A stretch of DNA of 64,000 bases, taken from positions 62,001-126,000 of the forward strand of contig NIVC01000785.1 of the NCBI GenBank assembly GCA_002269645.1. The letters run 5' to 3'. Below are positions 44,388 through 62,097 of the stretch, one piece after another. The first letter of the stretch is position 1. Every line of letters begins with the position of its first letter. Both the position numbers and the translations under genes were made by a program. The notes under the pieces are model-generated. The model saw only the letters and a list, made by a program, of their open reading frames with translations, did no database searches and was not told where the DNA came from. The stretch comes from Macrostomum lignano. Its lineage: Eukaryota.

Positions 44388-47300
44388 ATGCAAACGGATT
44401 GGTTCCCGAACATTGGCCGAACAGATGAGGACCCAGAAAATTTCGGCCACGATCTGCGAATCACCGCCAGCACTCGGAGAACTCTGCAGCGGCACAGGGA
44501 GCTGCTGAAGGCAAGGACACTGCTGCGGACCCGGGGGGAGAGCTTCCTCTTTGGCGAGGGTGCGTCAGTGACTTCCTGCCATCCTGCTCTCATTCATTCT
44601 GCCATCCTGACATCCTGCCATCCTGCCATCCTGACATCCTGCCATCTTTACATCCTGACATCCTGACATCCTAGCATCCTGACATCCTCACATCCTAGCG
44701 TCCTGACATCCTGCCATCTTTATATCCTGACATCATGACATCATCCTGATATGCTGACATCCTGACATCCTGCCATCTTGACATCCTGCCATCTTTGTAT
44801 CCTGACATCCTGACATCCTGACATCCTGCCATCCTGACATCCTGCCATCCTGACATCCTGCCATCCTGACATCCTGCCATCCTGACATCCTGCCATCCTG
44901 ACATCCTGCCATCCTGACATCCTGCCATCCTGACATCCTGCCATCCTGACATCCTGCCATCCTGACATCCTGCCATCCTGACATCCTGCCATCCTGACAT
45001 CCTGCCATCCTGACATCCTGCCATCCTGACATCCTGCCATCCAGACATGCTGCCATCCTGACATCCTGCCATCCTGACATCCTGCCATCCTGACATCCTG
45101 CCATCCTGACATCCTGCCATCCTGACATCCTGCCATCCTGACATCCTGCCATCCTGACATCCTGCCATCTTTATATCTTGAAATCCTGACATTATACCAT
45201 TCTGACATTCTGACATCCTAACATCCTGACATCCTGCCAACCTGACATTCTGACATCCTGCCAACCTGACATCCTGCCATCCTGCCAACCTGACATCCTG
45301 CCATCCTGCCAACCTGACATCCTGCCATCCTGAAATCTTGACATCCTGCCATTCAACATCCTGAAATCTTGACATCCTGCCATTCAACATCTTGACATTC
45401 AAATGACCCTCCACCAAGCAAGCCGAGCAGTTCCCCAACCCCTATTCCAGACTCCATGGAGACGGAGGAGCCGCCTAATCTGCAGGACGGCAGCAACGCG
45501 GAGAGCGGCCTGTTGCGCTCGGGCTGGGGCAACAGCCAGCTCAACGAATCGCGCTCCGAACTGGCCATCCTCCCTGGCGGAGCCTGCGGCCGGTCGCGCC
45601 AGGGCGCCGAGGACTTGAAAGTGTTCGATTTTGTCGACGCAACGAAGCAGCTGATTCAGAAAGGCTGGAACAGCCGTCTGTTTCGGAAGCACAAGCTGGC
45701 CGCTTACAATTGGTCCTACAGGGCGCCGCAGCCTCTCATGGATGGCAGGTACTTCTGCCGCCTCACCGCCAAGGACATCGCTGAACCGGCTGCGCTGCAG
45801 GCTGCCACCATTAACAGCGGTGAGTCAGGGAGTCAGTCAGTCAGTCAGTCAGTCAGTCAGTCAGTCAGTCAGTCAGCCAGTCAGTCAGTCAGTCACCCAC
45901 TCACTCAAGTCAGTCAGTCAGTCAGTCAGTCAGTCAGTCAGTCAGTCAGTCAGTTAGTCAGTCAGTCAGTCAGTCAGTCAGTCAGTCAGTCAGTCAGTCA
46001 CCCACTCACTAAAGTCAGTCAGTCAGTCAGTCACCCACTCACTAAAGTCAGTCAGTCAGTCAGTCAGTCAGTCAGTCAGTCAGTCAGTCAGTCAGTCAGT
46101 CAGTCAGTCAGTCAGTCAGTCAGTCAGCCAGTCAGTCAGTCAGTCAGTCAGTCAGTCAGTCAGTCAGTCAGTCACCCACTCACTAAAGTCAGTCAGTCAG
46201 TCAGTCAGTCAGTCAGTCACCCACTCACTAAAGTCAGTCAGTCAGTCAGTCAGTCAGTCAGTCAGTCAGCCAGTCAGTCAGTCAGTCACCCACTCACTCA
46301 AGTCAGTCAGTCAGTCAGTCAGTCAGTCAGTCAGTCAGTCAGTCAGTCAGTCACCCACTCACTAAAGTCAGTCAGTCAGTCAGTCAGTCAGTCAGTCAGT
46401 CAGTCAGTCAGTCAGCCAGTCAGTCAGTCAGTCACCCACTCACTCAAGTCAGTCAGTCAGTCAGTCAGTCAGTCAGTCAGTCAGTCAGTCAGTCAGTCAG
46501 TCAGTCAGTCAGTCAGTCAGTCAGTCAGTCCACACCGAACCCTCAGGCTGCAGCATATTCACTCCCAAGTACGGAGTGTCAGCTCGGGACACGCTGCGCG
46601 AGAACTGTGGCATTCTGTTCTTCACGAAGGACATCGATCTTGACTACAACCTGAGCCTACGTCAGATGCGCAACACCCACCCCAAGCTAATGTCTGGTCG
46701 ATACTACGTGCCGTTTCTTGCATTCGTTCGAGCACTGCGACGCAACAGAGTTGAGCGCGGACAGCCAAGGTGGGTGCGCTGGGTTAAGCAAAATTGGTCG
46801 CGGTTAGTACTCTCAGATGAGATGACTTCGAAAAGTTCTCAATGCTGAAAATAGTTTTAAGGCCTTTTGCAAGACCGTACTTTTTCATACGAAACTGAGA
46901 AAACATTTCTCAGTCTATGGCCATGAGTTGCTTAAATGTCTATGGCCACAAGCTGCTTAAATGTCTATGGCCACAAGCTGCTTAAATGTCTATGGCCACA
47001 AGTTGCTTAAATGTCTATGGCCACAAGTTGCTTAAATTTATATGGCCATGAGTTGCTTAAATGTCTATGGCCACAAGTTGCTTAAATTTATATGGCCATG
47101 AGTTGCTTAAATGTCCAAGGCCACAAGTTGCTTAAATTTATATGGCCATGAGTTGCTTAAATGTCTATGGCCACAAGTTGCTTAAATTTATATGGCCATG
47201 AGTTGCTTAAATGTCTATGGCCACAAGTTGCTTAAATTTATATGGCCATGAGTTGCTTAAATGTCTATGGCCACAAGTTGCTTAAATTTATATGGCCATG

Positions 47301-47731
47301 AGTTGCTTAAATGTCTATGGCCATGAGTTGCTTAAATGTCTATGGCCACAAGCTGCTTAAATGTCTATGGCCACAAGTTGCTTAAATGTCTATGGCCACA
47401 AGTTGCTTAAATTTATATGGCCATGAGTTGCTTAAATGTCTATGGCCACAAGTTGCTTAAATTTATATGGCCATGAGTTGCTTAAATGTCTATGGCCACG
47501 AGTTGCTTAAATTTCACCTCAAACAAAATCCGCAGGCGCATCAACAGTCGCGACCTTCTGACGGGCGCTGGCTGGCTGATGCTGCTATTCTTCCTACTGC
47601 TGTTCATCGCGATTATCATGGCCGACCCCCAGGAGGTGTCTGGCAGCGAGACAAAGAAGAAGCAACTGCTGATAGCGATGATCTTGGCGCCGACTCTGGC
47701 GTTCGTCCTTGGATTTGGCAGCGGTGCTTGA
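44388..47731 (+). CDS. Uncharacterised 319-aa protein with two C-terminal transmembrane helices, 4 exons
   Basis: Exons 44388-44559 (G|gtgcgt), 45451-45819 (ttccag| ... G|gtgagt), 46547-46769 (ctcag| ... AG|gtgggt), 47536-47731 (ccgcag|); phases 1/1/2 match, 960 nt, no stop. TMs WLMLLFFLLLFIAIIMA and LLIAMILAPTLAFVLGF. May have further upstream exons. Confidence 0.8.
44570..45400. repeat. 16-bp minisatellite (CATCCTGCCATCCTGA)
   Basis: Period 16 (44881/44897); fills intron 1. Confidence 0.95.
45830..46530. repeat. (AGTC)n microsatellite with ACCCACTCACTAA interruptions
   Basis: Fills intron 2, starting right after GTGAGTCAG. Confidence 0.95.
46910..47512. repeat. 25-bp minisatellite (ATGGCCACAAGTTGCTTAAATGTCT)
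   Basis: Period 25 (46981/47006); fills intron 3. Confidence 0.95.
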
Positions 47732-48299
47732 CTGCAAGAGACTTAGTAGGAGTATTATTCATATTACTCCAACTTCCGTCTCTCTCTCCCCTCTCTCTTC
47801 TACCAGCTCTTTTTAGATTCCAATTAGATTACTGCAAGTACCAATACAAAGAAATTATTATCCGTAGGGTATCAAAACTGATAAACTTACGCTCTTACGA
47901 TGACGCAAAATGGCATTTGACTAGTTTACAATGGATATTAATTTTCAGCTTCAGAGAATTTTCGCCGCAAGGGCCGTTCGTTCTATCGGCCCACGCAGAT
48001 ACGTTTCATATTTTACAGTGCTCAGGGAGAGACAATAAAAAATTATTGCATAGTTGTAAAATTTAGTCGTTATTGCCGTATAATCAGATAACAAACTAAA
48101 CGCTTTTAGGCTCAGAACTTGTTTAAACTACAACAGTTGTTTTATGGGGATGATGCTGTGCCAGATTCTTGCAGGCAGCATCCCTCGTAAACTGAGGAAC
48201 TCATGAACTCTTATAAAATCACTCGATCACGAACGAAATTATGAACTCATTAACTTATAAACTGACGAAGTGAATACTAACATATGAGCTCGAACCATA

Positions 48300-50582
48300 A
48301 CTCATTAACTGAATTATAAACTCATGAACTCACTCATAAACTAATGAACTCACTCATAAACTCATGAACTCACTCATAAACTAATGAACTCACTCATAAA
48401 CTCATGAACTCACTCATAAACTAATGAACTCAATCATAAACTAATGAACTCACTCATAAACTAATGAACTCACTCATAAACTAATAAACTCACTCATAAA
48501 CTAATGAACTCACTCATAAACTAATGAACTCACTCATAAACTAATGAACTCAATCATAAACTAATGAACTCACTCATAAACTAATGAACTCACTCATAAA
48601 CTAATAAACTCACTCATAAACTAATGAACTCACTTTTAAAAATAATGAACTCACTCATAAACTAATTAACTCACTCATAAACTAATGAACTCACTCAAAC
48701 TCATGAACTCACTCATAAACTCATGAACTCACTCATAAACTAATGAACTCAATCATAAACTAATGAACTCAATCATAAATTAATGAACTCACTCATAAAC
48801 TCACTCCTAAACTAATGAACCCACTCATAAACTAATGAACTCACTCATAAACTAATGAACTCACTCATAAACTAATGAACTCACTCATAAACTAATGAAC
48901 TCACTCATAAACTAATGAACTCACTCAGAAACTAATGAACTCACTCATAAACTAATGAACTCACTCATAAACTCATGAACTCACCCATAAACTAATGAAC
49001 TCACTCATAAACTCATGAACTCACTCATAAACTAATGAACTCACTCATAAACTCACTCCTAAACTAATGAACTCAATCATAAACTAATGAACTCACTCAT
49101 AAACTAATGAACTCACTCATAAACTAATGAACTCACTCATAAACTAATGAACTCACTCATAAACTAATGAACTCACTCATAAACTAATGAACTCACTCAT
49201 AAACTAATGAACTCACTCATAAACTAATGAACTCACTCATAAACTAATGAACTCACTCATAAACTAATGAACTCACTCATAAACTAATGAACTCACTCAT
49301 AAACTAATTAACTCACTCATAAACTCATGAACTCACTCAAACTCATGAACTCACTCATAAACTCATGAACTCACTCATAAACTAATGAACTCAATCATAA
49401 ACTAATGAACTCAATCATAAATTAATGAACTCACTCATAAACTCACTCCTAAACTAATGAACTCACTCATAAACTAATGAACTCACTCATAAACTAATGA
49501 ACTCACTCATAAACTAATGAACTCACTCATAAACTAATGAACTCACTCATAAACTAATGAACTCACTCATAAACTCACTCCTAAACTAATGAACTCACTC
49601 ATAAACTAATGAACTCACTCATAAACTAATGAACTCACTCCTAAACTAATGAACTCACTCATAAACTAATGAACTCACTCATAAACTAATGAACTCACTC
49701 AGAAACTAATGAACTCACTCATAAACTAATGAACTCACTCATAAACTCATGAACTCACCCATAAACTAATGAACTCACTCATAAACTCATGAACTCACTC
49801 ATAAACTAATGAACTCACTCATAAACTCACTCCTAAACTAATGAACTCAATCATAAACTAATGAACTCACTCATAAACTAATGAACTCACTCATAAACTC
49901 ACTCCTAAACTAATGAACTCACTCATAAATTAATGAACTCACTCCTAAACTAATGAACTCACTCATAAACTATTGAACTCACTCATAAACTAATGAACTC
50001 ACTCATAAACTAATGAACTCACTCATAAACTAATGAACTCACTCATAAACTAATGAACTCACTCATAAACTAATGAACTCACTCCTAAACTAATGAACTC
50101 ACTCATTAACTATTGAACTCACTCATAAACTAATGAACTCACTCATAAACTAATGAACTCACTCATAAACTCATGAACTCACTCCTAAACTAATGAACTC
50201 ACTCATAAACTAATGAACTCACTCATAAACTAATGAACTCACTCATAAACTAATGAACTCACTCATAAACTAATGAACTCACTCATAAACTAGTGAACTC
50301 ACTCATAAACTAATGAACTCACTCATAAACTCATGAACTCACTCATAATCTCATGAACTCACTCATAAACTCATGAACTCACTCATAAACTCATGAACTC
50401 ACTCATAAACTCATGAAGTCACTCATAAACTAATGAACTCAATCATAAACTAATGAACTCAATCATAAACTAATGAACTCACTCATAAACTAATGAACTC
50501 ACTCATAAACTAATGAACTCAATCATAAACTAATGAACTCAATCATAAACTCATGAACTCAATCATAAACTCATGCACTCAT
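48300..50582. repeat. 20-bp minisatellite (ACTCACTCATAAACTAATGA), ~2.3 kb, intergenic
   Basis: Period 20 (49081/49101). Confidence 0.97.
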
Positions 50583-50624
50583 AAAGTCAATTCCCTCAAC
50601 AGAGTCGGACCCGCAATTAAGTGG

Positions 50625-50638
50625 GTTGCTATGGGAAA
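50625..50638 (+). promoter_or_regulatory. Candidate RFX X-box upstream of tektin
   Basis: GTTGCTATGGGAAA matches GTHNYYATRRNAAC at 13/14 positions, ~610 bp upstream of the tektin ATG; RFX is a known regulator of ciliary genes. Confidence 0.45.
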
Positions 50639-51248
50639 TTTATTACCCGACATGTAGCGATGCTTTATTGCTAAATAATTCACGAAGCCGACATACAGAA
50701 TCAACTTTGGTCATATGGCAAGCGGATTTCAGGAGACTCAACAGTCGGAAAAAACAATACTTTTCCATAGAAAAGACATTGAAGATTGGTTTTCCTCTGT
50801 CAGTACAGCTACGGTGCAACTCGCATTGGCAGAACAGAATGTCCTCTACCAATGGTAGTCTTAGACTAACTGTATATTAAACTTTTTCTCAGTCGCATAA
50901 GATATTAACCTGGCCCAAGTTGTCTTGTTGAGATGCAACGGCGAGAGAGAGAGACAGAGTGAGAGGCGTAGACGAGAGCAAACTTACCTTGACGACAGGT
51001 TTAGCTCTGCACTCTCCCTCTTCCTACTGCAGTCTGTCTCCAGCCTTCCAGAGCACTGCTACCAATTTTCCATTGTCTAACAACGGAGCGCCAGTCTCTC
51101 TATCCAGTTTTTCTACTCTTTATAACCCGATCTGCCCCCGGCCCGGTCCCCTAGCAGTGCAGCAGCTAAAACAGCAGTCTAATCTACAAGATTAATAGCT
51201 CATAACTTGACCAGCAATTTGAGTACTAGGAACCTACATCACCTAGGC

Positions 51249-56836
<5,588 letters not shown>

Positions 56837-57036
56837 GAGTCCTTCAGCGGTCTGAACTCGGCAACACTTTCAAGTGCTCACTTTTAAATATTTTGCTGAG
56901 CAGACTTGTACGAATAGATAAACAAGACGTCAATCACGCTATAGGTTCACTAAAAAGTACATCTAACAGCATACATAGATAGCGTCGAACTGGACAGCCT
57001 GAGTGAGTCATTGCAGAGGCCACAATGTGGCGCTAT

Positions 57037-57730
57037 GAGCCTCACTTCACGCAGTTATGTACAGGGGAGCCTTGGGAATTGATTGTAATCAATCAATGAG
57101 CCTCACTTCACGCAGTGGTGTACAGGGGAGCCTTGGGAATTGATTGTAATCAATCAATGAGCCTCACTTCACGCAGTGGTGTACAGGGGAGCCTTGGGAA
57201 TTGATTGTAATCAATCAATGAGCCTCACTTCACGCAGTGGTGTACAGGGGAGCCTTGGGAATTGATTGTAATCAATCAATGAGCCTCACTTCACGCAGTG
57301 GTGTACAGGGGAGCCTTGGGAATTGATTGAAATCAATCAATGAGCCTCACTTCACGCAGTGGTGTACAGGGGAGCCTTGGGAATTGATTGAAATCAATCA
57401 ATGAGCCTCACTTCACGCAGTGGTGTACAGGGGAGCCTTGGGTAATTGATTGAAATCAATCAATGAGCCTCACTTCACGCAGTTATGTACAGGGGAGCCT
57501 TGGGAATTGATTGTAATCAATCAATGAGCCTCACTTCACGCAGTGGTGTACAGGGGAGCCTTGGGAATTGATTGTAATCAATCAATGAGCCTCACTTCAC
57601 GCAGTGGTGTACAGGGGAGCCTTGGGAATTGATTGAAATCAATCAATGAGCCTCACTTCACGCAGTGGTGTACAGGGGAGCCTTGGGAATTGATTGCAAT
57701 CAATCAATAAGCATCACTTCCCGCGAGGGT
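57037..57730. repeat. 61-bp tandem repeat, ~11 copies, downstream of the tektin stop
   Basis: Period 61 (57037/57098); each unit has an ATTGATTG(T/A)AATCAAT hairpin. Confidence 0.95.
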
Positions 57731-57766
57731 TGTACAGTCGCCCTCGACTTTCTCATCTGCAGGCAT

Positions 57767-58655
<889 letters not shown>

Positions 58656-59884
58656 TGTCCATTAATCCCAGGACAACCTCCCCGTCCAATTTTTGTGAGG
58701 ACTTTGACCCCCCTCCCTGCTACTCAGTTTCCAAGAACCGCTGGATCACCAATGCATAGCCTATTATTAGTGACTGTCGTTATTCATGACCGCTTATCTA
58801 TCGAACGAAGTTTCATTTTGCGCCTTCGATGTACTGGGCAAACTTTTAATTCTAAGAAAAGTTTTTCTTGCTTCACAATTTTTTGGCTTTTAGTTTTCTA
58901 CCATTGTTTCTGTTCAGCCTAGAACTTCGATTTCTTTACCTACTAATATCAAAGAGAAAAATCAACACAAATTGTTTTTCACTTTCTCCAGATGTGTGTA
59001 CCAACGTACGTTACTCATTAGGAGATATCATGTGTCGGCTCTATAGTGTTTTGCCTATTCAAAAGATATATTTTAGAATATTTATATTTATCTAGCACTG
59101 AGCAAGCGAGTTATCGTGACTCTCCAGCCCTTCGAGACGAGCAGAAGACATTTTAGACAGAAGAATTGCAGCCAAAAAATGCTCCTTGTCAGCTCATGAA
59201 GCTCAATTTCAATGTCAAAAAGACGAGAAGATTCAGAGATGAGGCGGGGTTTATCCGCTAGAGCGACCCCTGGCAGACCAAAATTTGGGTCACGCAAGAG
59301 ACGACAGACCGCAAAGCAGTGGCTGAAGGGCGCGCCTCTCAGAGGTCACGTGACCTAGGCTGCTCTGTTGCTACCAGCTGCTCGGTAAAGTGATTTACGA
59401 AAATAATTATCCTTTTTTAACGCTCAATATTTTCTAATTTTGTCTTCTTTTACTTTTCTTGTAAAAGTTCTCTTCTCTTTAATTCAGATGAAGTTATAGT
59501 CTGCAAGCTGCTCAGAAATAAATGATATTCCTATTCTTTTGTAATTGGTTGAAACAGTGCTGAAAATTTTTTTGATTATCTTTGACTAATTGACACGCAA
59601 AGCTAATCCCTTTTGGCTAAATCACCATGGCACTTGCAGTCTCTTCGCTCAACATTTCTGCTAATTATGAAGTCGCCGCACTCGCGCACACAGTGAGGCT
59701 TGCATGAATTTTGAGCAGTGCTCCTGAAATATTCATTGGCCGCGCACAATGACTGAGCTCACTTCCCACTGTACTTGTATCGTAATAGTTAGACAGCTTC
59801 ATTAATCATTAGATAGCGAGAATAGACTATTGTGAGATAAATTGGAGATTAGCTATTCCGAAAGGAAGCGAGGATGAGAGGGGA

Positions 59885-60725
59885 TTGTGGGATCATGGGA
59901 TAGTGAGATCATGGGCTAGTGGGATCATGGGATAGTGGGATCATGGGATCATGGGCTAGTAGGATCATGAGATAGTGGGATCATGAGATCATGAGCTAGT
60001 GGGATCATGGGCTAGTGGGATCATGGGCTAGTGGGATCATGGGCTAGTGGGATCATGGGCTAGTGGGATCATGGGCTAGTGGGATCATGGGCTAGTGGGA
60101 TCATGGGCTAGTGGGATCATGGGCTAGTGGGATCATGGGCTAGTGGGATCATGAGCTAGTGGGATCATGGGCTAGTGGGATCATGGGCTAGTGGGATCAT
60201 GGGCTAGTGGGATCATGGGCTAGTGGGATCATGGGCTAGTGGGATCATGGGCTAGTGGGATAGTGGGATCATGGGATTATGGGTGAGTGGGAGTTAGTGA
60301 GATTATAGGTTAGTGGGATCATGAGATAGTGGGATAGTGGGATCATGGGATAGTGGGATCTTGGGATAGTGGGATCATGGGATAGTGGGATAGTGGCATT
60401 ATGGGTTAGTGGGATCATAGGTTAGTGAGATCATAGGTTAGTGAGATCATAGGTTAGTGGGATCATAGGTTAGTGAGATCATAGGTTAGTGGGATCATGA
60501 GATAGTGGGATAGTGGGATCATGGGATAGTGGGATCTTGGGTTAGTGCGATCTTGGGATAGTGGGATCTCGGGATAGTGGGATCTTGGGATAGTGGGATC
60601 ATGAGTTAGTGGAATCATGGGGTGGTGGGATCATGGGATAGTGGGATAGTGGGATCATGGGTTGGTGGGATCATGGGGTGGTGGAATCATGGGCTAGTGG
60701 GATGGTTGGATCGTGGGATCATGGT
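59885..60725. repeat. 16-bp minisatellite (GGGATCATGGGCTAGT)
   Basis: Period 16 (60001/60017), degenerate at both ends. Confidence 0.93.
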
Positions 60726-60779
60726 TCAATAGGATCGGGTTATAGTGGGGAGCATTGAATCATAGCACCGGTGCGTGTA

Positions 60780-62097
60780 CGCTATCCCAGAAGTAAGTTT
60801 CGCTATTGTATAAAATCTATTAATAGCATCTTGGACAGGAGACACTATAGCCATTTACTAATCTATAGTAGTCTATGGTAAAGAAGAATGACAAGTTTCA
60901 GAGTGCTGTCATGCTCACAAGCTGCAGAGCATCACTTAAATCAAATAGACTTTTGCAAAGATGGCCGTTCGGAACATCATCAAGTTTGGAGTTTTGGCTG
61001 GAAAATCGGCAACTGCAATTCATGAAGAGCTTGGAGACGTTTGAGAGAGGAAGCTCCATCAATTCAGACAGTGCGCAATTGGGTTCGTGAGGTCCAGGGA
61101 GGGAGGCTATGCATGGAAGATAAAGAGCGCTCCGGAAGGCCGAGAACAGCAACAACCGACTCAAATGCCGAGCGTGTGAAGGATGCCGTGACAGAGGACA
61201 GCAGGCTCACTTGCGCTGAGCTCGAGGAACTTCTAGACATCCCCCACAGCACGGTGCATCGCATTCTAACTGAGAACTTGGGCATGCAGAAGATCTTCGC
61301 CAAATGGGTGCCCCACCTGCTGACAGAAGAGCAGATGGAGGAGCGGGTGAGGCTGTCCAGAGAGCACCTTCGTCGATTTCATCGAGAAGGCAACGACTTC
61401 CTCAGCAGGATTGTGACAGGAGATGAGACTTGGGTCTACGAATGGGATCCTGAGCTGAAGCGCCAGTCAGCACAGTGGCTTCCAAGGGGATCAGCAAGCC
61501 CGGAGAAGGTGCAGCGCAAGCAGAGTTCAATGAAGGTGATGCACATCATCTTCTTCGACGTCCATGGCATTCTGGTGGACTGGCCTGTGCCAGTCGGTAC
61601 CAAGGTGAACGCCGAATATTACAAATGGATTCTGCAGGAGAAACTGCGACCGGCGATCAGAAAGAAGCGACCTGGCTTGCTGGAGAGAGGCGTCATCTTT
61701 CATCACGACAATGCGCCTGTGCACCGCGCCAGAAGAGTGGAAGAGCTCCTGGAGTCCTGGGACTGGGAAGTTCTGCCTCAGCCGCGCTATTCGCCTGACT
61801 TGGCTCCGGCGGACTTCTACATTTTCCCAAGGATGAAGGAGAGTCTTCGTGGTCAACTTTGCGCCTCGGTGGAACAGATTAATAACAGTGCTTCATCAGC
61901 TCTCCGGCATCTGGCCATCGGCGGTTGCAGCCCTGCCTTTGAGGCGTGGGTGCGCCGCTGGCAGAAGTGCGTTGACCTCGGCGGCAAATTTGTAGAGTAA
62001 CTATGAGTTCATTTTGCAGTTGCAAAGTTTTGTTGATTGCTGGGTCACTAGTTTGTCTTTTAAAGCATAGCGAAACTTACTTTTGGGATAGCCCTCG
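60780..62097 (+). mobile_element. Full-length mariner (DD34D) DNA transposon
   Basis: TA at 60778-79 and 62098-99. Right TIR 62067-62097 (reverse complement CGAGGGCTATCCCAAAAGTAAGTTTCGCTAT); left TIR C----GCTATCCCAGAAGTAAGTTTCGCTAT lacks 4 nt and has 1 mismatch. Confidence 0.95.
60961..62000 (+). pseudogene. Mariner transposase, ~346 aa if one 1-nt deletion at ~61040 is repaired
   Basis: MAVRNIIKF...ELGDV from 60961 hits TGA at 61042; the reading continues in the -1 frame as LREEAPS. Motifs WVPHLL, GDETW, HHDNAP, YSPDLAPADF; 34 residues between the 2nd and 3rd Asp. Confidence 0.9.

Noticed and set aside
44695-46643. GWQDVRMA and SQSV repeat ORFs
   Set aside because: Intronic repeats.
57037-57730. 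CRISPR-like array
   Set aside because: Units are identical end to end with no unique spacers, there are no cas genes, and the context is eukaryotic.
61036-61046. Programmed -1 frameshift in the mariner transposase
   Set aside because: No X XXY YYZ slippery heptamer, and mariners do not normally use frameshifting; a 1-nt deletion or sequencing error is simpler.
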